Source: Paraspadella gotoi (lineage: Eukaryota; Animalia; Chaetognatha). Taken from it: 64,000 nucleotides of DNA. The stretch is taken from positions 16,669,637-16,733,636 of the forward strand of contig CM119267.1 in assembly GCA_051294375.1 (NCBI GenBank), written 5' to 3'. The translations under genes and the position numbers were made by a program. The notes beneath the pieces are model-generated. The model was not told where the DNA came from. It did no database searches and saw nothing but the letters and a program-made list of their open reading frames with translations. Positions 1-12,545 of this stretch are shown piece after piece (positions within the stretch are counted from its first letter, which is position 1; each line of letters opens with the position of its first letter).

Positions 1-499
1 CAAAACCTCTCGGAATCTCTTTTTAATCCCGCGACGTCATAAATAGTGAATGAAACGAGCTCCTGCTTCATCAAAGTTATCACAACAAATGGGATTTCAG
101 CATCTTTCATTTTTATTTGTTTACTCGTTTCTTTGTTCCGAGTCCTTTGCTTTTTTTCTATTTTATTTTTTTTGTTGTNNNNNNNNNNNNNNNNNNNNNN
201 NNNNNNNNNNNNNNNNNNNNNNNNNNNNNNNNNNNNNNNNNNNNNNNNNNNNNNNNNNNNNNNNNNNNNNNNNNNNNNNNNNNNNNNNNNNNNNNNNNNN
301 NNNNNNNNNNNNNNNNNNNNNNNNNNNNNNNNNNNNNNNNNNNNNNNNNNNNNNNNNNNNNNNNNNNNNNNNNNNNNNNNNNNNNNNNNNNNNNNNNNNN
401 NNNNNNNNNNNNNNNNNNNNTTCAGGTAGGAAAAAAAAGGGGGACGAAAATTCTTATTGGATTTCGTCTTTCGCTTATTTAATAATTCAAGCGCCGCCT

Positions 500-590
500 C
501 GCCGCTCCCGCTGCCGCTCCCGCTGCCGCTGCCGCTCCCGCTCCCGCTACCGCTGCCGCTCCCGCTGCCGCTGCCGCTCCCGCTGCCGCC
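500..590. repeat. Hexamer repeat (CCGCTC/CCGCTG)n
   Basis: About 15 tandem units read directly. Confidence 0.9.
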
Positions 591-1174
591 GAACCCCATT
601 TCGCGGTTTCCCTTTTTTATTCATCTTCTGACCGGAAACTTATTTTTCTTTCTCTTATTCTATTTATTTTGTTTTCGTATATTTCTTTCTTTATTTCTCT
701 CTTTCTATGTTTATTTCCTCCATAATTCATCTTCATTCTTTTTTTTTCTATTCCGTCATTCATGCAGCACGTTATCCAACCTTACCCTTGGAATACCTAA
801 ATCGTGATCCCTTCAACAACTACTTTCGGCAGCTCATGCTAAACGCGTCCCCTTTCCCTATCCGCCTCGTCAAAAAAAAAAAAAAAACACGAAAAACGAA
901 GCGCAAAAGATTCGGAATTCTCAAGAAAATGTCCGCCCGGAAGTGGCTTTACCTTTTGCGTGGGTTGTGCGCGCAGTTCATCCGGTCGTAACGATGTGCT
1001 TTCGCGCGAACATCGCTCGATTTAGCTTCGGATGAAATCGCTTCTTTTTTTCAATTTTATTTAGAACGAGAAACTTGAGTTACTTTTCCGTCGGAGCTTT
1101 TTTTTTAATATCCGGTTTTCTTGCGCTTACATTNNNNNNNNNNNNNNNNNNNNNNNNNCGAGAGAGAGGAGATC

Positions 1175-1209
<35 letters not shown>

Positions 1210-2122
1210 CAGAGACGATAGACGACGAAGAAGACTCGAAGATTGCGCTCTTTGCGTGTTAAAGGAGGAAGGATGTCGAGGCTGGAGGAGAAGAGAGAGA
1301 AACGGCGCTAGAGAGATTGACGCGACGGAGAGAGGGAGAGAGAGCAGAGACATGCCGGAAATAAGATTTGATTGTCATGAGAGCTGAGATCGAAAACCGC
1401 GCATTAACGATTGCGCCGGCAGGGGTTTCATCTGTCGAACGTTGGGCAACACGACATTTTCTCCCGGCCATCGCCGTTTTAACGACTGACTTGTTCCATT
1501 TGTACAAATCCGTCTCGGGATAAGATTTTAGGAAGCGTATCGAAACTTAAAAGAGGCTGCGCTTCCGCGTCGCGCCCATATTTAAACGTTCAACGATAAA
1601 AGAAAAATAAAACAAAAAGGAAAAATATGGGGAATGTTTGGAATAAAGAAAAATGTAAAAATGTTGGATATAAGGCGGTTTGACGAGGCTGTGGCGTTAT
1701 TAAAGCGGACGACAGTTCAGAATCGAGGAATTTAAAGACGAAATTATTACAATAATTATTTTTGAAAAGATTGTAAGTTTTTTAAAACAGCCATAATTTG
1801 TTCTCATAACCAGGAGTGCCTATCGCGGAAATTACTAACATAGTGAACTATGCACCAAATTTACTATAAAAAAGTTAGTACAGAATTTATGGATTTGAAT
1901 TGAATATTATTAGGAATATTAATTTTTTTCTTTTTTCAGTTAGAAACGTGAAGAGACTTTCTGTTTCGTAGAGCTTTTCGTGACGGAGGAAAATTATCCG
2001 TCTTCTCCATATTTTCTTGAAAACTCAATTTAAAAATAACGCTGATTTTAAAAATTAGTTTAAATTGTTATAAACAATATTTGAGCCGGTTTCGCTTCCT
2101 TCCTTCCTTCCTTCCTTTCTTC

Positions 2123-2177
<55 letters not shown>

Positions 2178-3119
2178 TTACTTTCTTTTTTTCTTTCTCT
2201 TGAAATCCTTTTTTTTCCCCTCTCTCTATTTTTTTCTAGCTTTCAATAGTTTCTTTCTGTCCAATACTTTCTTTAGATTATTTTCGTCGAGTGGATTCTC
2301 GCTCTATACTATTTAATTCCGTCGCCGACGACCACTACCGCGATTGAATCTCATCTCATTTTCGGCGCCATACCATCCCCCCCCCCCCCCCCTCCCATGC
2401 TCTTCTTCTTTTAAGTCCATCCTGCCAGATTTACCACCCCCCTTTATCCACCCCTTCCCTAACCACGACCTCCCCCCCTATTACCCCACCCTTAACTCCC
2501 TCCCGCTCCGCTATCGACCGCCCCGTCGGAAGGAACTTCCATATCACGTGTAACCGATTTCCTTCTAGGAGAAAATCTTCTCTTTCCCTGCCCGCCTTGC
2601 AAATTTCTCCAGTTAAATCTAGTCCCTTTTATTTGACCATATGCGGATATACAAAGATCTGCAATTATAATTGTGTGAGCAAGAAGCAGATCCATCCGGG
2701 CGAAAGGAGCTTTTTTCTCATCTACTTTTTAATGTCCTCTCAGTTCGGAACAAACAATTAAAAAATTCTTTATGGGAACACCCAATAACCGACTCAGGCA
2801 TTACCTATTCTGAGGAAAAATCTTCTTCGGCTTGTATTTACAACCCCCTAGCTTCTTCAGAAGGAATATCGGTCCTCTTTACGAGATAACCGGTGCTTAT
2901 GGTTTCCCCGATATTTCCTGCATCGAACCCCCGCTTCCGTTTCTTCCCCTCACTGGCAAGGCAAACGTAATATGTTTAATATGTATAATCACCCCTTGAA
3001 ACGTAATTCATTCTCCCCTCCGATTGCAAATATCAACCTTTTGGAATCCCTTCGATATGCCTTTGTCTTGCCCCCTATGATCCTCCACCAATTTAAAAAA
3101 CCCCTTCTTTCTCCCCTGG

Positions 3120-4102
3120 CAAAACCTCTCAGCGCAATCTTCTTTTTAATCCCGCGACGTTGCATAAAATAGTGACCACTGAAACGAGCCTCCTCTGCTC
3201 GATTCCAAAGTTATCACAACAAATGGGATTTCAGGCATCTTTTCATTTTTTCTATTTGTTTACTCGTTTTTTATTCCGCAGTTCCTTTGCTTTTTTTCTA
3301 TTTAATTTTTTTGTTGTCATATATTCTCGATTATATGCCTCTCCCTTCACAATCTTTGAAGTCTACCTCTCTCTTCTCCTTCCTCTCTCATCTCCCTCCC
3401 TCTCTTATTCCCTCTTCTCCTCTCCACTTCTCTCCCCCTCTCTGCCCTATTTCTCTCTCCCATGTTCAGTAGGAAAAAAAAAGGGGACGGGTTACCGAAA
3501 ATTCTTAATTGGATTCGTCCTTTCGCTTATTTAATAATTCAAAAGCGTCCGCCTCGCCGCTTGCCGCGTGTCCGCGTTTGCGCTGGTACCCGCTGCCGCC
3601 GCTCCCCCGCCTCCCATTGACTGCTTGCCGCTCCGCCGCTCCCGGCTGCCGCTCCCGCTGCCGCTCGAACCCCCATTTTTTCGCCGGGGGTTTCCCTTTA
3701 TTTCTATCTTTCTGGACCCGGAAAGCTTATTTTTCATCTTCTCTTATTCCTATTTATTTTTGTTTCGGTATATTCTTTTCTTTATTTTCTCTCATTTCTA
3801 TATGTTTATATTTTTCCTCCATTTAATTCATCTTCATGCTTTTTTTTCTCTTCATTTCCCGCTCATTCATGCAGCGCAGGCGTTATCCAACGCTTTACCC
3901 TTGGAAATACCTAAATCTGTTGATCCCCTTCACACAACTACTTTCCGGCTAGCTCATGCCTAAACGCGCACCCGGGGGGGGCGGGGAGCTCTCCGCCCTC
4001 CTCATCCCCCATAGATCTCGCCTCCCCTACGTCCTCCTTGCCATCAGTTTCTTTTTCCCCCCCCCCCGCCCACCCCCCCCCCCTCCCCACCCTTTTTTTT
4101 TC

Positions 4103-4137
<35 letters not shown>

Positions 4138-4566
4138 TTTTCCCCCCCCCCCCCCCCGCCTGTTTTCTCTGGTTCTAAATCCTGTTGCTCTTTCTCGATT
4201 TCCGCCCCCTCGTCAAAAAAAAAAAAAAAAAAAAAAAAAAATAAAAACCACGGGAAAACAAAAACCCCCCGGGGATAGCGGCGCAAAAGATTCGGAAATT
4301 CCTCAAGAAAAATGTCCGCCCGGTAAGTTGGGCTTACCTTTTGCGTATAGACGGTGTTGATAGCCGCCGTCCAGTGTCATCCCGGTTACCGTAACGTAGT
4401 GCTCTTCCGCATTCAGGCTGCGAACATCGCCTCGATTAGCCTTCGTATCGAAATCGCTTACTTTTTTACAATTTTAATATTTTAGAACGGGAGAAACTTG
4501 AGATTTACATTTTCTCGGTCGGAGCTTCTGTATTCTTTAATGATCCGTGTTTCTTTGCGCTTACAC
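3120..4566 (+). repeat. Noisy duplicate of 1-1133 (probable raw long-read gap-fill artefact)
   Basis: Colinear with 1-1133 but dominated by 1-3 nt insertions, with a homopolymer-rich insert at about 3970-4200. Confidence 0.8.
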
Positions 4567-6159
4567 TTTAAATAAATAAAAATATATTCTTTCTTAGTTT
4601 AAAATATCTAAATAAAGTAAAATAGATACAAACGTTCTATTCACTTCTCACTCTCTCTCATTTCACTCACTCTCTCTCTCATCTGCTCCTCTCTCTCTCT
4701 CTGCTCTCTCTCTTCTACTCTACTCTCTCTTCCACTTCTCTCTCTCTCTCTCTCTCCTATCTCTCTCTCTCTCTCAAGAGTTCAAACCCATGAAAACCGA
4801 ACGACTTTTCTGTCGAGTCTTTTCCGCTCCGCTTTAATTTTTCACGAGGAACCGTGATTATTTAATTACTCACAGGGACATCGACGCCTCGACCGATCTT
4901 CCTTTCACATTTCCGTGTTTTCATCGTTTTTCCCTCCCTTCCCGCCCCCCCCCGGTTTTTATACCTTTTCCACCTAATTTTCACGCCATTTTTACGCGCC
5001 TTTTTTTTTTTACCCCCGCCAGTGTCTCGGGGTCGTTAAGGGAGCGAAATTTTCGCCTCGACTCGGGGCCCCGGCGCCCCGTTTTTTTTTTTTTCTGATC
5101 CCTCCTCGGGTGCTCACCTAACCTCCGCCGCAACACCTTCTTCCCATGCCACTTTTTCTTTCATTATCCACCCAGTCTTCCCCCGCCATGCGATTTCCCT
5201 CATTCCTATTAAACCTCCCTCGCTTTAAACCTTCCCCGCTACAATCCTTTCCTCTTCTCTCTCGCCTATTCCTCCCAGGCCACACCACTTTCCCATGCCC
5301 ACTCTCTCGTCTCCCCTTCCCCTTTTCCTGTCCAGCTTTCTCCTCGCCACACCCCTCGTCCACACCCCCCTTCCATGCAATCCTTCGTCTTTCGATGCGA
5401 GTTCCTTCTCCCTTCTTTCTCGTGCCAATCCTCCCCGTTCCCTTCCCCCTTGGCCCCTTTATTCCTTCCCCCCCCCCCCCCCACCCCCCCGCCGCGCCAT
5501 TTTCTCGCGCGCTTATTTCGACTAGTCTCGTCTTCTCGGTCTACCTGCTGCGTTTTTCGCCCCTTCGACTTGACTCTGCTACGTGGTCTTCCGTTGGCTT
5601 CGCTTTTATTCTCGACTTTATGCTCCTTTGCGGGTCCCCCTACTTTTTTTTTAACGTAGTACCTCGGAGAGTTTTCTGTGAACGGAGGCGGCCGCTTTTT
5701 TTCTCACCAAAATTCTTTCAAACATCATTGGATTGGATTGGATCCGCATTGCAGACACAGCAAATCGGCACCGCATCTTATTGTAAATTGGAACTGCGCC
5801 TTACGCGCTGCGGAGCCCGTTGGCTCCGCGAGAACGGCGATTTCTCCGAGGAAGGTTCTCCGCCTGAGAGAATTCCAAAAGGAACGAAATATCATTCGCA
5901 CCTCGTACTTTTTTTTATTTTCCCTTTTTTACGATTTTTTTTTTTCGTTTCGACTTTTCCGAAAAAAACCGCGGGAGGCCGACGCCGCCGCGCCGCCGCC
6001 GCCGCCGAAGCAGCCGCCGAAGCAGCCGCCGACGCCCGAGGATCTTTTTCCGATTTCTCTCTTCCATATCCAGATTTTTGGCGTCTAGTTTTATGCGGTG
6101 GCGGTGGCGGCGGCGGTGGCGGCGGTTTTGGCGTCCTTTCTTCGGCTGCGATGCCAGAG

Positions 6160-6292
6160 TTACCAGCTGTAGCTTTGCCAGCATCGATAACGGCAGCAAA
6201 CAGCAAAACAGCAAGTAGCCGTAAGGAAAACGTTTCGGTCGGAAATGGCAATTGCGGTACCAAAGCCATTTTCGGCGTCCAGCGCACAATAT
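6160..6292 (-). CDS. Probable terminal coding exon F (YCALDAENGFGTAIAISDRNVFLTATCCFAVCCRYRCWQSYSW*)
   Basis: Acceptor ctctccctag|A with phase-2 entry (AG|A = Arg). 133 nt to TAA at 6162-6160. High-complexity, protein-like sequence. TG|GTAACT at the end could alternatively be a donor. Confidence 0.65.
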
Positions 6293-6659
6293 CTAGGGAG
6301 AGCGGGTGGGAGGGAGCGGATGAATAACTTTTTCCCCCGTTTCCAGGATACAATTTTTTCGGTTACTTCGCATCCCTTCTCCCGACTTCATTCGAAAATA
6401 GCGCCTCGAGACCGCCAAGGCTCGCATATTTCTAAAGCACCTTCAAACTTTTTTTACTTTTTCTTTTACTTGTTCTCCCGCCAAAAGAATAAAAAGCCCC
6501 CATATCTTTCGTCGAGCTATTTCCGGCGGAAAGGTTTCGTCTTAACTTTTTTTTTCCTAGCGACATCCAATCGAAAAAAGGATTCTTTTTTTTCATCTCG
6601 TACCTCCTCGTCGCATCTGATATCATCTGATATTTTCTATCCAATAATTTTCGAATGTC

Positions 6660-6883
6660 ATTCCTTGTCGTCCCTTTTAATCTCATTTAATCCCTTCTTG
6701 TCCTATTTCATGGGTTCTCATCGCTTTTGATCTAATCCCATCTTATCCCATTTCTCTCATCTCAAACCTTTTCATCTCGTCCTTTTTTCATCCGATACTT
6801 TTGGCACCTCATTCCTTGTCGTCCCTTTTAATCTAATTTAATCCTTTCTTGTCCCATAACATGAGTTCTCATCGCTTTTCATC
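6660..6883 (+). repeat. Tandem duplication (period about 151 bp)
   Basis: attccttgtcgtcccttttaatct...ttctcatcgctttt starts at both 6660 and 6811, with substitution-type differences. Confidence 0.6.
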
Positions 6884-7148
6884 TTAGCTTTTCCTTATTT
6901 TTTATTTACTGTGTCCCCCCTCCCAGAAAAACCCCGTCTCTTTGGCTTTTCGCGTTTCTTAATATTCACAGTTTCGTCGTTCGTAGGAATAAGAAGCCTT
7001 TTTTTCAGCCCACGCCGTTAAATAGAACAGAGTAAAAAAAAAAAATTTCTTCTTTCTTTCTTTCTTCTTTTCTTTTTTCAGTTTCTTTTTCTTTCTTTCT
7101 TCTTTCTTCTTTCCTTCTTTCCGTTTTCTCTCCGACCTCTCTCTTCAC

Positions 7149-7241
7149 CTCTTCTTTCCATCTCTTGAGAGGCCGCTGCACAAAAACCGTCCTTCGCCTC
7201 CCGCCATGATGGTAACCATGGCGACCGTGGCAACCCGTCGG
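7149..7241 (-). CDS. Coding exon E of the same gene (ATVATVAMVTIMAGGEGRFLCSGLSRDGKKR)
   Basis: Acceptor tgcctag|CC and donor AAGAG|gtgaag. This copy has 2 extra G's that are absent from the inverted duplicate at 7682-7692 (CCACGGTTGCC). The corrected length of 91 gives phase 1 to 2, matching both neighbours. Confidence 0.65.
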
Positions 7242-7530
7242 CTAGGCAAACCATTTCTTTTCTTCGCTGGCTCAACTTTTTCCCAGCTCTCTTTGTCTAT
7301 TATTGTTTATGACAAAACACGATTTGTTTCTCTCTCTCGTTTCATCTTTTCATCGTCAAAGCTTCATCATTTCTTTCTTTCTTTTTTTTTTTCTTATTTA
7401 GATATCGATTTTGCTGACATTTTTTGTTGACGATTGATGTGCTTCTCGTGTCCAGTTTTTTTTGATGAACCTTTTTTTTAACATACCCGCTCTGTAACGA
7501 TAATCNNNNNNNNNNNNNNNNNNNNNNNNN

Positions 7531-7692
7531 AAAAAAAAGAAAGAAAGAAAATGATGAAGCTTGACGATGAAAAGATGAAAGCGAGAGGAGAAACAAAATC
7601 GTGTTTTTGTCCATAAACAATAATAAGAAAAAGAGAGCTGGGAAAAAGTTGAGAGGCGAAGAAAAAGAAATGGTTGCCTAGCCACGGTTGCC
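7531..7692 (-). repeat. Inverted duplicate of about 7230-7395 between two N gaps (mis-oriented contig fragment)
   Basis: Reverse-complement identity including the exon E acceptor; bounded by N-runs on both sides. Confidence 0.8.
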
Positions 7693-8708
7693 NNNNNNNN
7701 NNNNNNNNNNNNNNNNNNNNNNNNNNNNNNNNNNNNNNNNNNNNNNNNNNNNNNNNNNNNNNNNNNNNNNNNNNNNNNNNNNNNNNNNNNNNNNNNNNNN
7801 NNNNNNNNNNNNNNNNNNNNNNNNNNNNNNNNNNNNNNNNNNNNNNNNNNNNNNNNNNNNNNNNNAAAAAAAGAAGGAAAGAAGGAAAGAAAGAAGGAAA
7901 GAGAGGGAAAAAAATCGACCAATGAAACCTGCGAAGAGACAAAAAAAAAAGATACTGATGAAAAGAATCTCAGCTGCTGAGTCGAAAAAGAAGAAGATGC
8001 CGAACCTTTGCCCCTCCTTCTACCCCCCCTCCCCCCCGCGATCCTCGACCCCCCTTCCATCTTAATCCATCCCGCCCCCTCGCTCCCCTCCACTCCCCCC
8101 TTTCTCCGATTTCGACGTTTTTTTTTTCATTTAGGCTTTTTCCATTGTCTGGGTTTGATCGTACACGCAATAGAAACTGCGCGCGCCGCGCACGTAACGG
8201 CGCCTTTACAAGTTTCTTTTCCAATTTGTTTTCTTTTAGTTTATAAAAGTAAACGGTATGTACTATGTACGGTATTTTGTACGTACAAACATAAATAGTA
8301 TAACCTCCGAAGGAGTGCAGATATAGCTCTTCTCTTTCTTCTCTCCTCTGCTCTCGTCTCTCTCTCGTCTCTCCTCTCTGCTCGTCTCTCTCTCTGCTTC
8401 TCTCATCTCTCTCTCTCTCTCTCATCTCTCGTCTCATCGTCTTTTTTTATTCCCCCAAATTGAGTAAAAAACTCATTTCCTTTCATTTTCCTTCAATTTC
8501 CCTTTTTCCAAAATTTAACAGAAGAGAAATGAGAAAATAGGAAAGGCGAACTCTCGGCTCTACTCGAAAATCAAATTTAACTAAACATTAAAATATTTTG
8601 AATTTTTATTTCTTTGCGGTTATTATCTCTGCGATTAATAGGTTTAAAAAATACAGAGAGTAGAACAATTGTTATTTACAACTTCCAACCCCATTTCCAA
8701 AAACTCAC

Positions 8709-9381
8709 CTTCATCCCTTCCAGCGACTCCGAATCTGCCGGCAGCGCCGCCGACGACGCCGCCTACGCCGGTCGATTCCATCTCGATGTCCGAACATTCC
8801 ATCGACTTGGACGCCTCGTCGCCGGACGAGAGAGATCCTCTCGTCATTGATCTCTTGAAGGATGAGCGGCGTCCGTTGCGGCGCTGCGGATTCGGGGTGG
8901 CAGCGCCGCCGCCGCCGCCGCCGCGAGACTTGCGCGGCTTCGGCGTCGTCTGCTGCTGTGGCGTCGGAGCGGCGGCGGCGACGTTGACCAAGTTATTACC
9001 CATCGAGGAATCGGGAAGAACGGAAGAAGCTGCGAGGGTCGGATGCACTGTGGTAAGGGAGGGGTGAGCGCTGGACAAGGACGAACCGGGATGAAGCGAT
9101 CGACACACGTCGCCGTTGAGATGGGCGTGGCGCGATGGCGCGACGTGGCAGACGGCGGGACCGTGACAAGAGATCGCTTCGTGACACGAAGGCGGAGGGC
9201 GGGAAGTCAGAGGGAGGTCAAAGTCGCCGGCGGCGTCGCCGTTTAGGAGGAAGAGGGCGTTGAGGTGAGGGTTGACGGGGTTGTGGGGGTGGAGTGGGTG
9301 GTGGGGGTGGGGATGGCTGGAGAGGAGGTGGGCTGAGAGGAGGGGTGGGGTAGATGGATTACTTTGAGTTTCGATTTATTT
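8709..9381 (-). CDS. Coding exon D of the same gene (...NPSTPPLLSAHLLSSHPHPHHPLHPHNPVNPHLNALFLLNGDAAGDFDLPLTSRPPPSCHEAISCHGPAVCHVAPSRHAHLNGDVCRSLHPG...GRDE)
   Basis: Acceptor gtttctag|AA and donor GAAG|gtgagt. Frame is open from about 9375 to 8709. Length is 673 = 672+1, so a single extra A near 9363-9365 (probable sequencing insertion) must be removed to keep phase 1 to 1. Confidence 0.7.
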
Positions 9382-9886
9382 CTAGAAACTGTTTACAATT
9401 TTAATATTACAATATTACAATTTTAATTTGATATTTTTCTTATATTTCAAGAACATTCTTAAATTTCCATGACATGATTTCTCACTTTGCACCGATAGAG
9501 AAGTACCCTTGTCTTTTTTTTCCCCTGAGGACAAATTCCGAAGCCTTGATCCCCGAAGACCTTCAACGATTTCTAATCTCCTGAGATCTTTCGCTTTTTT
9601 TCTTCCGATTAACAAGATCTTTATTTCGATTTTCCAACATCTCTGTTGGACTCCTTTAAAGGCTTCTTATTTTCCAGATACGGCAGAAAGACCTTTATTC
9701 CATATACCCTTCGGTTCTTCTCTTTCTCCTGCCACGAAGGACTTCTACGCTTTGTTCTAATCCTCGAAAGACCCAAATATCGTCGCCTTCACCAATATTC
9801 CCGTTGTCTCGACGGTATTTAGTTTACGTTCACTGATCAGCGAGGTTGTTTCACGAATCGGGTCAATTCTCTCTCGGCGTCCTCAC

Positions 9887-10216
9887 CTCGATTATCCGGC
9901 GCCGAGTCGATCGGCCGGACGACGCCGGAGAGAATCGCGGCGCCATCTTCGTCGTTGTTGTTGTCGTTGTCGAAGAGAGGATCCGAATTGGCGAGATTGT
10001 GCGAAAAGGCGGGGTTGAGGCTGCCGCGGCCGCCGCTGCTGCCGTGGCTGCCGCTTCCGTGGCTGCTGTGGCTGCTCTGACTTCCGTGGCTGCCGCCGTC
10101 GCCGAGGGGAAAGACGGGGTTTCGGGGGGCGGGCGGAGGAAGGATGGAAGGGGCTGGCATCGAGGATGGGGTGGAGGGTGGGAGAGATGAGGAGGGCGAG
10201 TGGGTGGGGGACGAAG
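9887..10216 (-). CDS. Coding exon C of the same gene (TSSPTHSPSSSLPPSTPSSMPAPSILPPPAPRNPVFPLGDGGSHGSQSSHSSHGSGS...RPIDSAPDNR)
   Basis: Acceptor ccatttttgtag|CT and donor CGAG|gtgagg. 330 nt, phase 1 to 1, in the frame of ORF 9837..10301. Confidence 0.75.
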
Positions 10217-10945
10217 CTACAAAAATGGAAAGAATTAGGAGATTACTTAAAAGGATTCGCAATGTTTTTCTCCGCTGAAAAATATTATTTTTTTCCCTCA
10301 CTATTCATTGTTTTATAGAGGGTCATCATCAATACGTATTCGATGTCATAAAAGGGGGGAAAAAATTATGATTTGAATAATGAACACATTCACGGGGAAA
10401 AAAATCTCGGCTGGTTTGTTGAAAAAAAAAGTTTCCATTGTCTTTTTTTTTATCTTTGATTATTTTTTGAAAGAGGCTTTCAGCGACATTTTTTTCCCTC
10501 GATAAACGATGAACAAGCGTGTTCTTGTTGTTGTTGTTGTTTTTTTATTTTAAAGGAAGATAAATTAATTCCCACTTTCGACAACGACGACGACGACGAC
10601 ATTTTCGCTCCAAGCGTAAAAATCAATTGCGAAAAGAAAGAAAGGCGTTGGTCTCGAACTCGGATGCTCTTTTTCTTCCACGTATTTCTTTATCTCTCCT
10701 TTTCTTTTCAAATTCCTTTTCCTTTTCCTTTTTCTCGTCTCCTTCTCTATTTAGTTTTTCTTTCTAATTTCGATCCTCTCTTCTCCACATCGTAATGTCA
10801 CTCGCCTCTTGTATAATTCACAACCAAAACTCACATCCTTCACCCCTCCTTTTTTTTTTCTCTCTTAATCATCTTCCTTCTCTTCCCTCCTCTTCCTCCT
10901 CCCTCTCCTCCTCCTTCCCGACTCGAATTAATCAAATGCACTTAC

Positions 10946-11214
10946 TTTGTTTTTTGTTTGTTGTTTTCTTGTTTACGCCGACTCCGCAAGGGGCGCGCGG
11001 GTCGCCTTTCTCTTTTCCCGCTTTGTCGTCTTCTTCGTCGACGTCGTCGTCTTTGGAGCCGTCGTCCTCGCTTGGAGCGGCGTCGTCGGTCGGAAACCGG
11101 CGCGAAGTCACGCCGGAACGTGCCTGGGGAGGCGCCGGTCGCGTCGTCGCTCGCGGCGCAGGCTGCGGGGCCGGATGCGGCGCGGGAACCGGAAGAGACG
11201 TCGGTGGAGCGGAT
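10946..11214 (-). CDS. Coding exon B of the same gene (SAPPTSLPVPAPHPAPQPAPRATTRPAPPQARSGVTSRRFPTDDAAPSEDDGSKDDDVDEEDDKAGKEKGDPRAPCGVGVNKKTTNKKQ)
   Basis: Acceptor ttgattcag|ATCC and donor CAAA|gtaagt. 269 nt, phase 2 to 1, open frame. This is not the frame shown in the ORF track. Confidence 0.75.
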
Positions 11215-11387
11215 CTGAATCAATTCCGGAAGTCGAGGGTCAAAACCAGGAAATTGACGTGGATTGGAATCGACGACCTCGCCTACCCTCATGGGGAGAG
11301 AGAGAGAGAGGGAAGAGAGAGACGAGAGATGATAGAGAGAGGAGATGAGAGGAGAGAGATGAGGCGAGCAGGAGAGAGAGAGAGAGG

Positions 11388-11436
<49 letters not shown>

Positions 11437-12439
11437 AAAGAAGGCTGATTGAAGTTTCTCTTTCTATTTCCCTTTTTTCCTTATATTCTTGCTTTCGATC
11501 ACGAAAAGGATTTTGGCGATTTCATTTACAAACAAATACATTTGCATGGGGGATTTGTACACGGAGCCGAAAAACCCTTTTAGATTTTTTTTTTCAATTC
11601 AGATTCAAAGGAACGGGTCAAAGTTGAGCTCGATCATTATCCTCTTTATCCTTTACCCTACAACCACGATTTAACTCAAACGACGTCGCGACGAAGATGA
11701 ATGAACTCGACTCGTTGCCCTTTTGTTGATCGATAAATAATTCATCCACGCCGATCATCTTCGTTTCTCACCCTTCCCTGCCCTCGATTCCGTTACTTGT
11801 TCTTTTATTCGCTTTTTCCTTCTCCTGTTTTCTGTAGCGTCCGCGATCGTCCGTTTCGGCGATTCGTATTTTATATTCGAATTTAGAATGAATCGTGACG
11901 GGAAAAAATGATTTGTTATTCTTATTCTATTTTGTTTTTTAACCTCCCCTGTCAGAGTTTTTGCTTAGATTATACCACGAGCACAACCTCGTATAATCGA
12001 ACCCTCTTTGAAAACTGTCAGTGCGTGATGGTTAGTCCCCTGCACCGACGTTTACAATTCTATTCACCCCCTCGTTTATGAAAATATTTAAATTTAAGGA
12101 AATACGGGACATCCGTTAGTTTTTATTACAAAATGTTAAACCTGTTTATGATTTTCAATCTTGCACTAAAAAATTCCCTTTGTCCAAGTAGTTTTCCTTT
12201 ATTGGCCAATCTCGTTGACGCTTAATTTCATCGACGCCACCGATTCCAACGTCCGCCTCTCCGGTCTCCCTCCGCCGACACACTTCCCTGTCAACCAATC
12301 CCAACCTTCCCTTCCAAACCGATTCCCGGTAACCTCACCCCTTTCCCCACCCGACCCCACTTGCTCAAATCGTGTTCATAATCGCTTTTGATAAATTATC
12401 GCGTTTCGTTAACGGGCTCGATAAAAACGGGAGTCGGAG

Positions 12440-12505
12440 GACGACGACGACGATGACGATGATGATGATGATGATCATGATGATGATGATGACGATGACG
12501 ATGAC

Positions 12506-12545
<40 letters not shown>
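12440..12545. repeat. (GAC/GAT)n trinucleotide microsatellite
   Basis: Read directly. Confidence 0.95.

Noticed and set aside
2808-2862. Minus-strand CTGAAGA...TTGTAAATACAAGCC-GAAGA hammerhead-like motif
   Set aside because: GAAA core broken, stem I poor, and it lies in raw noisy-read sequence; cannot be supported.
5146-6327. Longest ORF in the track (393 aa, + strand)
   Set aside because: Low-complexity Pro/Phe/Ser from pyrimidine tracts, and antisense to the better-supported minus-strand exon F.
7955-7988. CTGATGA...hairpin...GAAA hammerhead-like core
   Set aside because: Extra unpaired nucleotides before stem II, and no stem I/III or cleavage triplet.
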